NCBI GenBank assembly: GCA_000708835.1 | Contig: DF237082.1 | Span: forward strand, 115,702 to 179,701 | Length of the DNA stretch: 64,000 nucleotides | Direction of reading: 5' to 3' | DNA from: Klebsormidium nitens | Lineage: Eukaryota > Plantae > Klebsormidiophyceae | In this document: piece after piece, positions 1 to 11,208 of the stretch | Layout: every line of letters begins with the position of its first letter | Position numbering within the stretch: position 1 is the stretch's first letter | Position numbers and translations under genes: made by a program | The notes under the pieces: model-generated | Databases searched by the model: none | The model's input: the letters and a program-made list of their open reading frames with translations, nothing else | Told to the model about the DNA's origin: nothing

Positions 1-232
1 CCAAATCTGTGACATAACGAGAGCCGTCTTTCCGTGTGATTTTTTGGGGCCAGCAATGTGGCCGGCGATCTACCTCAGATGCAACTATTTCCAGTTGGGT
101 ATGAGCAGATTGCATAATTTTAATGTTCAAGGCTACATTCAGTAGCGACGACCTTGCAGAGGTGGAAATTTTCCCTTTCTCCATGTGCTTTTTCCCAGGT
201 TTCACAACTGACAGCCCACGTGGCCCTTGCAG

Positions 233-3200
233 GTGTGGGGATGACGCCAGGGCGGACGCCAATTCGGGACGAGCTGCGCATCAATGACGGCAGCGAGACG
301 CCAATGTCTGCTAGCGCGAGGGCCGAAAAGCTGCGTCAGGTGCGCATTCATTCTTTTCCCCTTTTTTTTAGTTCTTTGATGTGGAGACTTGATTGACACG
401 CGTGTGCGCTCCTGCAATGCCCGCACGAAGGGGTGCTGTTCTGCCATCAAATGCCGGTAGTAGTACTCTTGGTTACATTGATGGTCGAGGGGTAAGATCG
501 AGTATTTAAAACCTTACACGGAGTACCCGGCCCAGAGTCCAAATCAAGTAGTTTGCTTCTTCTCAATGTCCAAAACAATCTGGACGACATCGTTCCTTCC
601 CATAGCGCAAGTGCTTTTGGATTGACACTCGATACACAGTGCGAGATCTCCCTCGCGGGGATCTTGCTCATCATTCTCGTCTGCATAGTCCGTCTCGATC
701 GCCGTTCCGTCTCAAGTTCCGTTCCGTTCTGATTCCGTTCCTTCGCTGCGTACAGGCGGAGCAGCGTCAGCACCTCCGGGCCGGCCTGACCAACCTCCCC
801 GCGCCCAAGATGGACTACCAGGTGCGATAGTTTATGACAAGTTGCGCTTCATTTCCGAGGAGCTTGCTGTTCCTGTTTGCACCATGTCTGCCGAAATGTG
901 CTGCCCTCATTTCCGCTCCCTTTGTTGCTTCTGCTGTAGAAGAGGCTACCATGCTTCATCAATGCGCGAAACGTGGCTGCATCTGTTTCAACCTTACTCG
1001 TCTTGAGCATGTCCAAAACGATCGCGCTCTGCTTTTCCTTCCTGCTTTCACATCTGTCGGGCCCCATTGGCCTTCAACTTTCCGACTTTCCCAAAGACGA
1101 CGAGTTTGTAGTTGTCCTGGGCACCGTAAAAGTAATCAAGTTGCAGCTTCTGATAGACGCAAGCACTGACGTGAGCAGTGCGTCATCTCCCGCAGATCAT
1201 GGTTCCCGAGCTGCCGGGGGACGATGAGGAGGTCGAGCACATGGAGGAGGACGCGGCTGACGTCATCATGCGTCAGCAAGAAGCGCAGGCAGCCGCAGGT
1301 AAGGCGTTGTGGTTGCCGATCAGGCCGCGACCTTGTCGGGCACTCCTTGGACTCAACTTTCTTGCTTTCTGCACTTAAGAACTCGTAACAAGCGGGGCAA
1401 CGCTGACGTCTTATGATCGTCTTCGTTCCTGTCCGATATGCAACGGCTCTGGTATCAGTGGGGAAGGATAAAACATTCTTCACCGTGTAGCAGCTTCAGG
1501 CCCTTCGATTGCTTTCTTGCAAGCTTTGCTCGCCTCAATTTATCCTCTAAAGTAATTGGTTCGAGTTTCACTGAAACGGTCAGCCCATGCTGAAGCGCAA
1601 AAGCCGTTGAAATATCTTTGCATCTCGTGTTCGTGCCACCGCTGAAAGAAGTTCTCTCTGTCTAATCTCAGAAAGAAACCAGATTTTCACCGCCCTCTGA
1701 CGTCTCGTTTCCTTTTTCCTTTTTTCCCTGCAGAGGCAGCCGCCCTGCGCAAGCGCTCCTCCGCGATCAAGCGCGCCCTCCCGCGCCCCGCTGATGTCAG
1801 CACGTTCACCAAGACGCTCCAGGAGGAGCTCGGCGATGATGTCGTCCCCGCCACGAAACTAGAGCTGGCGGACCGGTTGGTGAAGGCGGAAATGCTGGCG
1901 CTTTTGGAACACGACGCAGTGAAGTACCCGGTAGAGGACGGGCGCAAGAAGAAGGGGCCGCACGCAAACGGGGGCGCGCCGATGGAGGCGCCGGCGTTGG
2001 AGGACGTCGATGAAGAGGACCTAAAAGAGGTGAGAGCTTGTAGTAGAGGGTTTGCGTGTTTAGCTGTGGTTGTAAGCTTCACTGCTTTGCGCGTTTCGTT
2101 GTGTAAGCTTCGGCGAAGGCGTATGCTGATGTGAGGGGAGGGGGCTGGCAAGCGCTGGGCTAAAGTGGGTGAGCACGTTTGATTCAGACTTCCCACTTAC
2201 ACTGTCGGGACGGCTAGCGAGCCCCTAAAAACTTCTTCTCTACAATTTGATGCTGACGAGAACACTCTTGTCGTGATTTAGGATTTCCGCTTTTTGCAAG
2301 TTCTACTGTCTTTCCCACCGACTTGCTGTCATTACCGCCGTTCTGGAAACTCGAGTTGGATGATGCGCCGGAGCGCCAGCCGAACGCTTGTCGTTTGATA
2401 CGAAGCCAGCGAATGTTCGGATACACGTACTTTCTCAACACCATCTGCTCTGACCAGCCGTTATACTACCCCCTCCAGGCCGAGTTCCTGATTGCCGAAG
2501 AGGCGGACATTCTGCGCTCGCTGTGGGGCCACGACGCCAAGGAGGAGGACGAGTACGTGGAGACGTGGGAAGCGGTGTACTCGGACTACGTCTGGCTGCC
2601 AACGCAGTGCCGGTACGAGCTGGCCAGCGTCTCCAACAACGCCGACAAGCTGGCGGCGGCGCAGGCAGAGTTCGAGGTACAGTAAAGCAGAGTTTGGCCG
2701 GGTTTCATTGCGTTTCGGACTGAGCGGAGTTGTGTTGTGGTAGGGGAACGAGTGTAGAGCCATTCCAGTGCCTGTAGAAGAGTGGAGCAAAGCTGTGGGC
2801 GCTAGGCCTGAGAAGCGCAGAGAAAATCGATGGCGGGTCCATCAATCTGTTGTGTTTGACCTCGAGACTTCGGAGATCATGTGTGGGTTCAGAGAATTTT
2901 GAAGCTTCGAAGCGCAGCTTTTGTGATTGAGGTCTGGTGAAGCATGGCTACAGATTGTCACTGTCACCAGCCGCTCTCTTGTTGGTCATGACGCTTTTGT
3001 TTGCGGAAGGCTGAGGTGCTCGTATCGACTTTGAGTCTCAGAAAACTGTGTTTGTCTCACACGTGTCACGATCTGAGCTGGGCGACGTCTTGTTGGGTGC
3101 AGAGGTTGAAGAAACAGATCGAAGTCGAGTTGAAACGGGCGCAGAAGCTGGAGACAAAGATTGGGATGGTGCACGGGGGCTACCAGGTAAGCAGCCCGAA

Positions 3201-5192
3201 TCTTGCAATCGTCCGAAGTTCGTATGCAGAGCCTTGTTTGGCAGCTTTGTCCATTTTGCCCGTCGAGCTTGGATTGGTTCTGCTGAAGTATGACGAGTCA
3301 ACTGTTGGGCATCATAGCTCCGTCTGCAACTGCTGGAGTCTTTGAGCTGCTGCCAGAAAATGGAACCGCTGAAAAGAGCCTGCTTTCGTTGCCTGCCGTT
3401 CCTCTAGGATGCGCATCCGGAGCAGTTGCGCAATCCGTCTTATATTCGGTGATTGCACAAAAACGCCGCTCGTCCTCCGGGGGACTCCAGGTTACTGACA
3501 ATCTCGATCTCTGGGTAGTAAGAATCTCACCAGCCTTGCCGCTTCCAACCAGCTCCTCGAAAAAGTTCTGGTCTGACTTCGTTGACAGATGAAGGCCAAG
3601 GAAAAGTGGAGCGCCGTGGAAGCAACCTATAAGCAGGCCGACATCCTGGGGACCGAGCTCGAGTGCTTCAAGGCCCTGTTCCGGCAGGAGCAGCTTTCTA
3701 TTCCTAGGAGAATAGAGGTAAGGATTGGTCTCTTTGGTCATCTTCGAGGCCGCTTAGGAGCACTTCCTGTGTTTCAGCACTTCTGTGTTTAGCCTTTGGC
3801 TGTTCGAAGCTAGGCGGCAGCGGTTTGAGATGGGTTTGCTTGTCTGGGTCGTCGGTGCAGGCAGGAGCCGGCGTCATTCAGAGTGTGGTGTATTGAGGTT
3901 GTATGTGCTAGTTCATAGATTACGGTTGTCATAGTTCGCACCCGAGTTTGGGTTTCGGATGTCAGCGCCAAGGAAAACTGCATTTTCTGATCTCGCTTAA
4001 GAGATATGCGAGGACGTGAGGTGTCCTGTATCGGACCCTGCCTGTCACGCGAGATGTTGGAAGCCTGTAGCTGATAGTTAGTGCGTGTGCACAGTGAGCG
4101 GCCTCAGCCACTGGGAACAATGAGACCGAAAGTTCATATTCTTGAGAGCTCGCAAGGTCATGAGTCACTTCCCGTCTTTCCTGAGTCGCTGAAGGAGGAC
4201 GTGCGTGGGCAGTGTTATTACCATATTGTTCCTACAACGGACACTTCAAATAAAACAGCTGAAACACCCAAAGACAAAGATTTTATTCACTTTTGCCAGA
4301 CTACAAAATGGAGATCATCATTGCCTGCTGTCGCTGAAGGAGGACGTGCGCGGTCAGTTGGAGTGCATAGTGGCGTACCACACTTACAACATTCTCCAAA
4401 CGACAATCTAAATCCTCTAAGACCCGACCCCTAAGAGTCAACTTTCGAGCGTTGTTTTTGCAGTCGCTGAAGGAGGACGTGCGAGGTCAGTCTGAGCGCG
4501 AACGGTCGCTGCAGCTGTGGTACGAGAACCTGCTGGTGGAGCAGGAGGATCTTCAGCGCAAGATTGACGAGCACGAAAAGGGCCTCACAGCCGCCAAGCG
4601 CGCCGCGGAGGAGCGCGCGGCAGAGGAGGCGAAGCGGCATGAGGAGGAGATCAGGTACGGGTTTTGGCTTCTTTTCGTCTTCGGTGTTTCGTCATAAAGC
4701 CGTTCTTCTGTTTCCTCAGTGCTTTTTTGAAACCGTTTCGTTTCTGTTGTTTCCTCGTAAAGGCGCTGAGAGGGATCTGGCGACGAGCTTTCCCAAAGCT
4801 TCGAGGTCGAATGCGCGAGCAGGGGTTGGTTTGTTGCATTTTCTGCAGGACTGCACTTTCGTATTTCGTGTTCTTTCTGCTTTGGTCTTGCGTGCTCTTG
4901 ATCCTGGCGCGTCGTACAACAAATGGCCGCCAGTATGATAGCGGGCTGTTTAAAGTGGCTTCCACGTGTTTGCAGGGAGAAGCACCGGAAAGAGGCGGAA
5001 GAAGCGGAGAGCGTGAGAGCGGAGAAAGGCGAAGTGAGTGGCAGGCAGAGTACTCCGGCGGATGGGGCTGAAAACGGGGAGAACAACAACGAGGATGAGG
5101 AGATGGTGGGGCCGCAGGTTGCAATGCCTGCGGCGAATGCAAACGGGCCTGCAGAGGACGGCAAAAATGGAGAAGCGATTGGTGCCGGTTGA
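233..5192 (+). CDS. CDC5L: Cell division cycle 5-like pre-mRNA splicing factor (Prp19/NTC component), C-terminal part; 5' exons lie before the window
   Basis: GT-AG exons 233-339, 756-821, 1196-1298, 1734-2029, 2479-2676, 3103-3186, 3589-3717, 4464-4654 and 4976-5192 join in frame. They give typical CDC5 motifs: GMTPGRTPIRDELRIN, LRAGLTNLPAPKMDYQ, LRKRSSAIKRALPRP, KAEMLALLEHDAVKYP, KRAQKLETKIGMVHGGYQ, ELECFKALFRQEQLSIPRRIESLKEDVRGQSERERSLQ. Confidence 0.92.
4184..4490 (+). repeat. Two intronic copies of the first ~27 nt of the CDC5L exon starting at 4464
   Basis: TCGCTGAAGGAGGACGTGCGNGGNCAG occurs at about 4186, 4331 and 4464 (the true exon start after ttttgcag). Confidence 0.9.
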
Positions 5193-6112
5193 AAATGGAC
5201 AATGGGGTGGTTATCCTGGTAACAAGTTAGTTGCAATCAACTCGCGAAGGGGGACACTGAAAGGTTCTAAATGAGGGGGTTCAGGTAGTTGTGTTGATAA
5301 TGAGCGGCCTGAAGTTTTGGCATATGTGATCATTTTCACTCGTATATGAGGGTTCCGGTCTAGCTCCATCAGCTCACCAATTTCGTCCTTGCTGGCCGTT
5401 GCTTGTGGTAGCTTTGGGCAACACTTCATGAGCACTTGAGAAACTGGATTACAAACCGCGTGTCAAGGTATCAACTCAAGTTCATTCTGTCGACCTGCAC
5501 CTGTATGGTATCGACCATAAATTGATGGATAAACGCGACCATGTAGTGATGTCCGAGCCTGAAGACTCTGATGGTCTCTTCTTGTTTGCGTTAGAGCCAG
5601 ACAGGCCACAGGCTTTTCATGGCATACATATGCGTGGTGTGTTTGGTTAAGCAATTTGAGCTTGAATCTGCATGCAATTGCCCACGTCTATGCTCCACCC
5701 GTGGTCGCGCGGGCTTGCATAATGTCCATATGCATCGGACCGTTGTTAACTGCAATAAATTTGCCATGAAGCTTTAAACACGGAGGAGCTTAAAGACGCG
5801 GACTGCTAGGCCCGTGGCGAATATCATTGAAGGGCAGAGTGGAAGGCTGGCCCCATATAATGCTATGTTGACGCCTGCACTGCGACGTCAATGGTGCAGT
5901 CAATAAAATTCAAGAAGAAGTCCTGCCTTATGGGCCCCAGAGGACAACACGGGGTCAATTCCACATTCTGCGATCGCTGACATTCTCTTGACCCAGCAAT
6001 GAACACTGCGCTCGTATACGTGAGACAGACACGTGATCGCGCTTGCAATCCGTAGAAACATATGACACAACTGTATGACTGATCTTGTTTGTGTAAACAA
6101 CAGGCGTGCTAG

Positions 6113-9100
6113 CTAGATGTCCCGTACTTCAGAGTCATGGTTTGAAAGTCGGCCAGCGTAAGCTCTTCCTGATCGCTTTTCTCCTCTTGCATCTTCAACT
6201 TTAGCGCCAGCCAAATGTGTTTGGAGACGTGCGGCGTGCTCTGCAAAGGCGAATGATCGTTCAGCGCCGCCCTCGCATGCAGCCAATGTAATCGAATCAA
6301 AGACGCACGACAAAAAGTCGCATGGTCAGATTGGCATGCCGTTGAGCGCATTCTGATCGAGACGAAGAACCGGGCTTAAAGCAGATTTCTCCTGATAGCA
6401 CCCTTACCTTGAACAGGTCAGGAAAAGAAGACAGAGCACTTCGATAAGCGTCCAAGGCTGACTCGTCCAATTGGTCGATCCAAGGCGGGTCCGACCTGCG
6501 AGTATGGCGTCAGGAGTTTATAACCGAGACAAGATGATCCGTACTTGAATCCAGGCCTCTGCTTCTGGCGCACTTTATCGGACTGGACCCGCAAAAGGTT
6601 CAAAGGAAGTAGGAAGTAACCAACGTTTTCTCTAAGCTTCGGCGTCTCTAGACCACCACAGACTTCCGAACATTCATTGATCTTTGCAAAGCTCCGTGAC
6701 AGAATGTTGGGCACCACTCCACAATCAGACGGGTTTGGAAACTGCTTCAGATCTCAGTCTCTCGGTCAAACCCGCCGACGGCAATTGCTTTGTTCCTGCT
6801 CAAAAAAAGGCCAGTTGCGGATACTCACTAAGAGTATTCTCGGGTGATTCAAGAGGCGTGTGACTCAAGATAGGTGCCCGGGAGACGGGTGGGGTTGGTA
6901 GGGTGGTTAGGGTGTGTTTGGGTGCGGAGCGCGTGACCAATTTATGATAGGATTTTCCGTTTACATGCCCGGGTGGCTTGAATGATAGGTCACACGCCCT
7001 TTAGGTCACAGGAAAGTTACCAGTATGTAAAACCTACTTTGAGTATCCTTGGGTTATCTCCTTGTCCCTGGTGGAGAGGGGTAGCAGGCTCGCCCATTCG
7101 CTTAGCACGGCGAGCAATTGGTCCTTATCAACGCGTCTTCGTTCATCCATGCACGCGCCGTAAAAGTTGACCACCTCCGTTACGAGCTCGTCTCCCTCCG
7201 AACCGCCGTCTGCTGCTCGCTGCAATAGATTTTGGTACAGCATCACTTGCATTGCCAGAGATGAAAACATTACTTGAAGTTATGGTTGTTGTCGGGCATC
7301 GAGGATGCAAACGGGGAAAATGTGGACGAATTTGCTACGCCAGAAAGTAGCAGTTCCGAGCATCCGACTGAGTGCTTCAGAAAATCGCTTCGTTCTTTGA
7401 GATGGGGGCTTGCACCGGAAGTCATCGATGAGACTCTGAGAAGGGATCCTTGCAAAGGTAAAGCCGTCTGTGGTTGATCGGACCAGCTTCGCGCTCCGAA
7501 AAATGTGGCCCTTCCGATGCAACTCATTGCAACCTCAAAATCGTCATTATTTTCCTATGGATGCCATTCCAAAACCATTTGTCAGGCATCAAGTTGACTG
7601 CACGTACGTTGGACGGCCTGGACAGTTTATATTGTGGCCCAATTCGAATCTGCAGAAAACTTGTCTTTGCATTTCTTTCCAGCTTTGATTTATACAGTGT
7701 ATAAGCGAGACAGTTCGCTGCATGCAAAGGTGCAGTCGACGAGAAAGAGGACCAGATGACTTAGCACGAAATCCTTGATAAGACAGCGAATGAGTAGGAG
7801 ATTACTTGCTTCTCCCAACTCTGACAAGGTTAGTCAATTCAGTGCTTTTAAACACACGAACTGCAGTGTGGTAGCATCTAGGCGGGAGCCCGTGCTTCAA
7901 TCAAGATGATGATTCTCTGCAGGTTATATGAGAGCGAAGGACCCTTCTGAGCTCCAATCCCTCTCTAAATCAATATCTCAAGCACGAAGAAACTTAGAAG
8001 TCGAGATCAAGCTGCTGGTGCCTCATTCCGGCCTTGAATTCCAGATGAAGTAGGGAGAGGCCACCTCTTTGAGCTGATCGGCTACCGTCTTCATAACGTC
8101 CGCCAGAAAGTGCTCGACCGTGGCCCAGCGCTGAGTCCGGGGGGCTGCTTTTAGAATGTCGACACCAACGGACGCAACTAGAGCGAAGTCGAAATTATAC
8201 AGAAGGTCGGAATCTCCAGGATCCTGCTTGTATCGCTTCTTGTATTTCAAAGCGCACGCCTTCTTGTGGTCGTTAAACAAAAACATCAAGATTGATTGAG
8301 CTTCGGAGATCCAGACAAGTCGTGGCGGACTGGAATGTTGACCACCTTCAGCTTAAAAAAAATTCATTTTTTCTTACGTATACGCAATTGATGCGGCGCT
8401 CTACAATGTTGGCGACATGTTCAGTTTGTAATTAGATGGCAAAGGAAGGTAGGATCCCTAGAAAAGTAAACAGATTTTGAACGGCAGGATCCGTCATGTG
8501 GCACGCGCGATTTTTTTTCCACTGAGTGGCTTTAATCAGGGCAGATGACAAGGACAAATGAAGCTGAAAGAAACGTTTTCCCACTCACGGCAAAAGCTTT
8601 CTACCTGCGCCCATGCACAGCTCCTGGAGGAAGTTTCTTGTTCTGATTCTGACTGGTTAAGATCATCGCAAAGAAGCTTGCTTAACAAAGCATCAAGCAA
8701 AATCAACTGGCTATCTGCGAGTTTGGGAAGCAAAGAAGCCACAGGAAAAACTGCGAGCAGAATCTATTAACGGTGAACAATCCTCATGTTTCAAGAGGCA
8801 TTTCGACTGTGTAGCTGCAACTATAACGTGGCAACTAGCAATAGAAGTGACTACTGTAGGCTCTCTGGACAATCTTAACCAAAGGCAGTTACTTAAAGAA
8901 AAGGATCAGCTGAGCAACTCACGCTAGAAGGTGAGCAGCGCTCCGGTATTCGTCTGCGTGCGCTTCTTCAATTAGCTGTTCCGTGCAGTTCAGGCCGACG
9001 AGCTTTGCACCTTCACGCTGCCAAGCTTTCAAAGCCGGCTGGTGCGGCGACAACAGTACATGCATGGATTTTGCAAGTGAGTTCGGATCTTAGCAAGTGT

Positions 9101-9712
9101 ACAGAATGTTCAACTATGAAATGGAAGGTTGGATCCTTGAGAATATGCTGCAGAAGTCTGGACTTAAGATGCTCCGTTTCTTGGTCTGGACTCATCATCA
9201 TTACAGCAGGGTAGCAGAGCTTTTGCTTCTAGCCATCTTCTTGGCCGTTAAGTTCATTAAACAACCAGCGTAGGATTTTAAGTGAAAGCGAACTACTCTC
9301 AGCGGACAATTGAGGGCAGAGAACCTGAACAAAAGCAGCTTGAACATGCTCCTGTACTATAGTTAATCGATCATGGAAACAAGCCTTGTCCGTAAAGTAA
9401 CAAGGTTGGAATCAGCTGTTATATTCACGATTATCGATGAACAAACAAAGACTGCAGAGTACGTACGACTTGGATAGTGTCTGGTTTGAACAAAAGATCC
9501 AACAACACCAAGATCTCACTCTCGCCTCAGCTTGTCACCATCTATTCTCACCTTGACTGCCATGATGAAAAGGAGTTGGTCCATGGAGGAAGTTCCTGAC
9601 GGTTTCTAGACGGATCCCTCCCGACTTTCAGTCCTGATCGATGCTTGAGCAACACGGTCGAGAAGCGAGTGGCCGCTCCTATTCTCGTCGGAGTCCGCAA
9701 CTGAACTGAACT
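6113..9712 (-). pseudogene. Decayed multi-exon gene of unknown family
   Basis: Protein-like segments, most bounded by AG/GT: 9712-9552 (..SIRTESREGSV*KPSGTSSMDQLLFIMAVK), from 9324 (VLCPQLSAES..EDG*KQKLCYP..), ~8070-8350 (..FLFNDHKKACALKYKKRYKQDPG..), ~7040-7240 (VMLYQNLLQRAADGG..), ~6410-6500 (SDPPWIDQLDESALDAYRS..) and ~6113-6350. In-frame stops at 9606-9608, 9229-9231 and 6326-6328. No family recognised. Confidence 0.4.
6887..6922 (+). other. G-quadruplex-capable tract with telomere-like units
   Basis: GGGTGGGGTTGGTAGGGTGGTTAGGGTGTGTTTGGG has five G3+ runs with 1-7 nt loops and contains TTAGGG. Confidence 0.45.
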
Positions 9713-11208
9713 CTGGTGCAACGATGCAGCAACGCGTAAGTCCAATTATTCAAAGGTCAGGTCGCTCTCGAAGAGAACAAAGACTAACACCTCCGGGCTC
9801 CAAGAAACACATTTCGTAGTTTTATGGCTCCACCCGCGTTGCAAGCCTGGACTTCGGAGGACGTCATCAGACGTCACCGTTAAATGTACAGGCTACTCCC
9901 AGCCGGAGGCCGGAGCAGGCCGGAGGCACTCAGTGCTCTCTCGCTGCCTGGTGCAGCAAGACAAGAAGCGCCTGGGTTTGAGAAGGGCAGCCTCTAAACA
10001 TTCTGAATGAGCACCATGAATGCTATGCCGCCCGAAATCCAAACTGACCAAGATATCCTTTGTCGGTCAGTGCTTTTAAAGCTGCGTATGAGTAGGCGGT
10101 TATACTCCAATTGCAGCCTGATTAACATAGGTAAGCACGTCTTTGTTGGTTATTGCATGATTTGTGAATCTCAGATCAATCTCTCGTGCCAATTGATGAA
10201 CTGACTGGCCTTCAGGTAGCTCGGCTGCGCATACCGCACGTCGACGGACTCCGATGTGCCATGCAGCCACGATTCAAGAACTATGCAACCTGGGAGATGC
10301 GCGACGATGACCGGCGCGGTCATGATTAATTGTGCACGCGATCATGCCTTGCATGGTCTTCAAAACTGCACTGATGGACCAAACCCGAAGTTCATGAAGC
10401 AACTGAGCGCCGGTAACTGTAACGTGGAGCACCGTTTCGGCCTAGTACGGCCGGATCGACTCGGCATGAGTCCGACATGTCTTGCATGAAGTGCACGACC
10501 ATCTTTAACAATCACTGAGTGCATGGCAATTCAATCGCACCTAGGTCAGCTCATCTAGACAATCCCGAGATGATTGTGCATGAAAGTAATTCTTTTCGAA
10601 AAGATGGAAGATGTGATCCCGCAGATGGCAAAACATGCACATGGCTGCGTTGCACATAGTTGCTGTTCGAAAGCGGGCTGATGTTGCGTTAGCCAATTGC
10701 AATATGTGCAACCGTGCACAGCCTGAGTCATAACTCTAGCTCTTGCAGACAGGCGATTAAGGATGCAACTCAACCACGAGCTTTTTGATTGCAAATCAAC
10801 GTACGTTGGGTTTACATGAGATCCAAGCACTTAATCCAATCGTCGGCAAGCGGTTCTCTTGATCCATGACCCACGGGCAGGTCAAAACTTTACTTGGAAG
10901 TAACGAGATGACTAATTGTCAGACAGGGAGACGGGGGGGAGGGAAAAATAATGCCCAAAAGCATCCGCCCACTGACAATACCTCTCCTGTTCTATATTTA
11001 CACTCTCTGCCAAGTCACCCTAACAGCCAGCCCCTGCCTGAAGCTGAATCTATGTTGCACCCCTACGGTTCTGCTCGACCCCGGCCGGCGTCGCCGCACC
11101 AAGTCTCCACAACACACGTGTCTCAAACGGGGGGATCCCTCGCTACTTTAACGCCCTCCTAATAACACTTAGGTACTGCCCTACTCCGAAACCGATCTCT
11201 CGCAGCGC

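Noticed and set aside
540-1195. Possible similarity between two CDC5L introns (TGTCCAAAAC(A/G)ATC; CAGTGCG..ATCTCCC)
   Set aside because: Only two short patches align; I could not establish a duplication by eye.
10053-10061. ATATCCTTT, a perfect U12 5' splice-site consensus; similar hits at ~7043 and ~57012, and TTCCTTAAC at ~11883
   Set aside because: A few RTATCCTT matches are expected by chance in 64 kb on two strands, and none falls at an exon boundary of a reconstructed gene.
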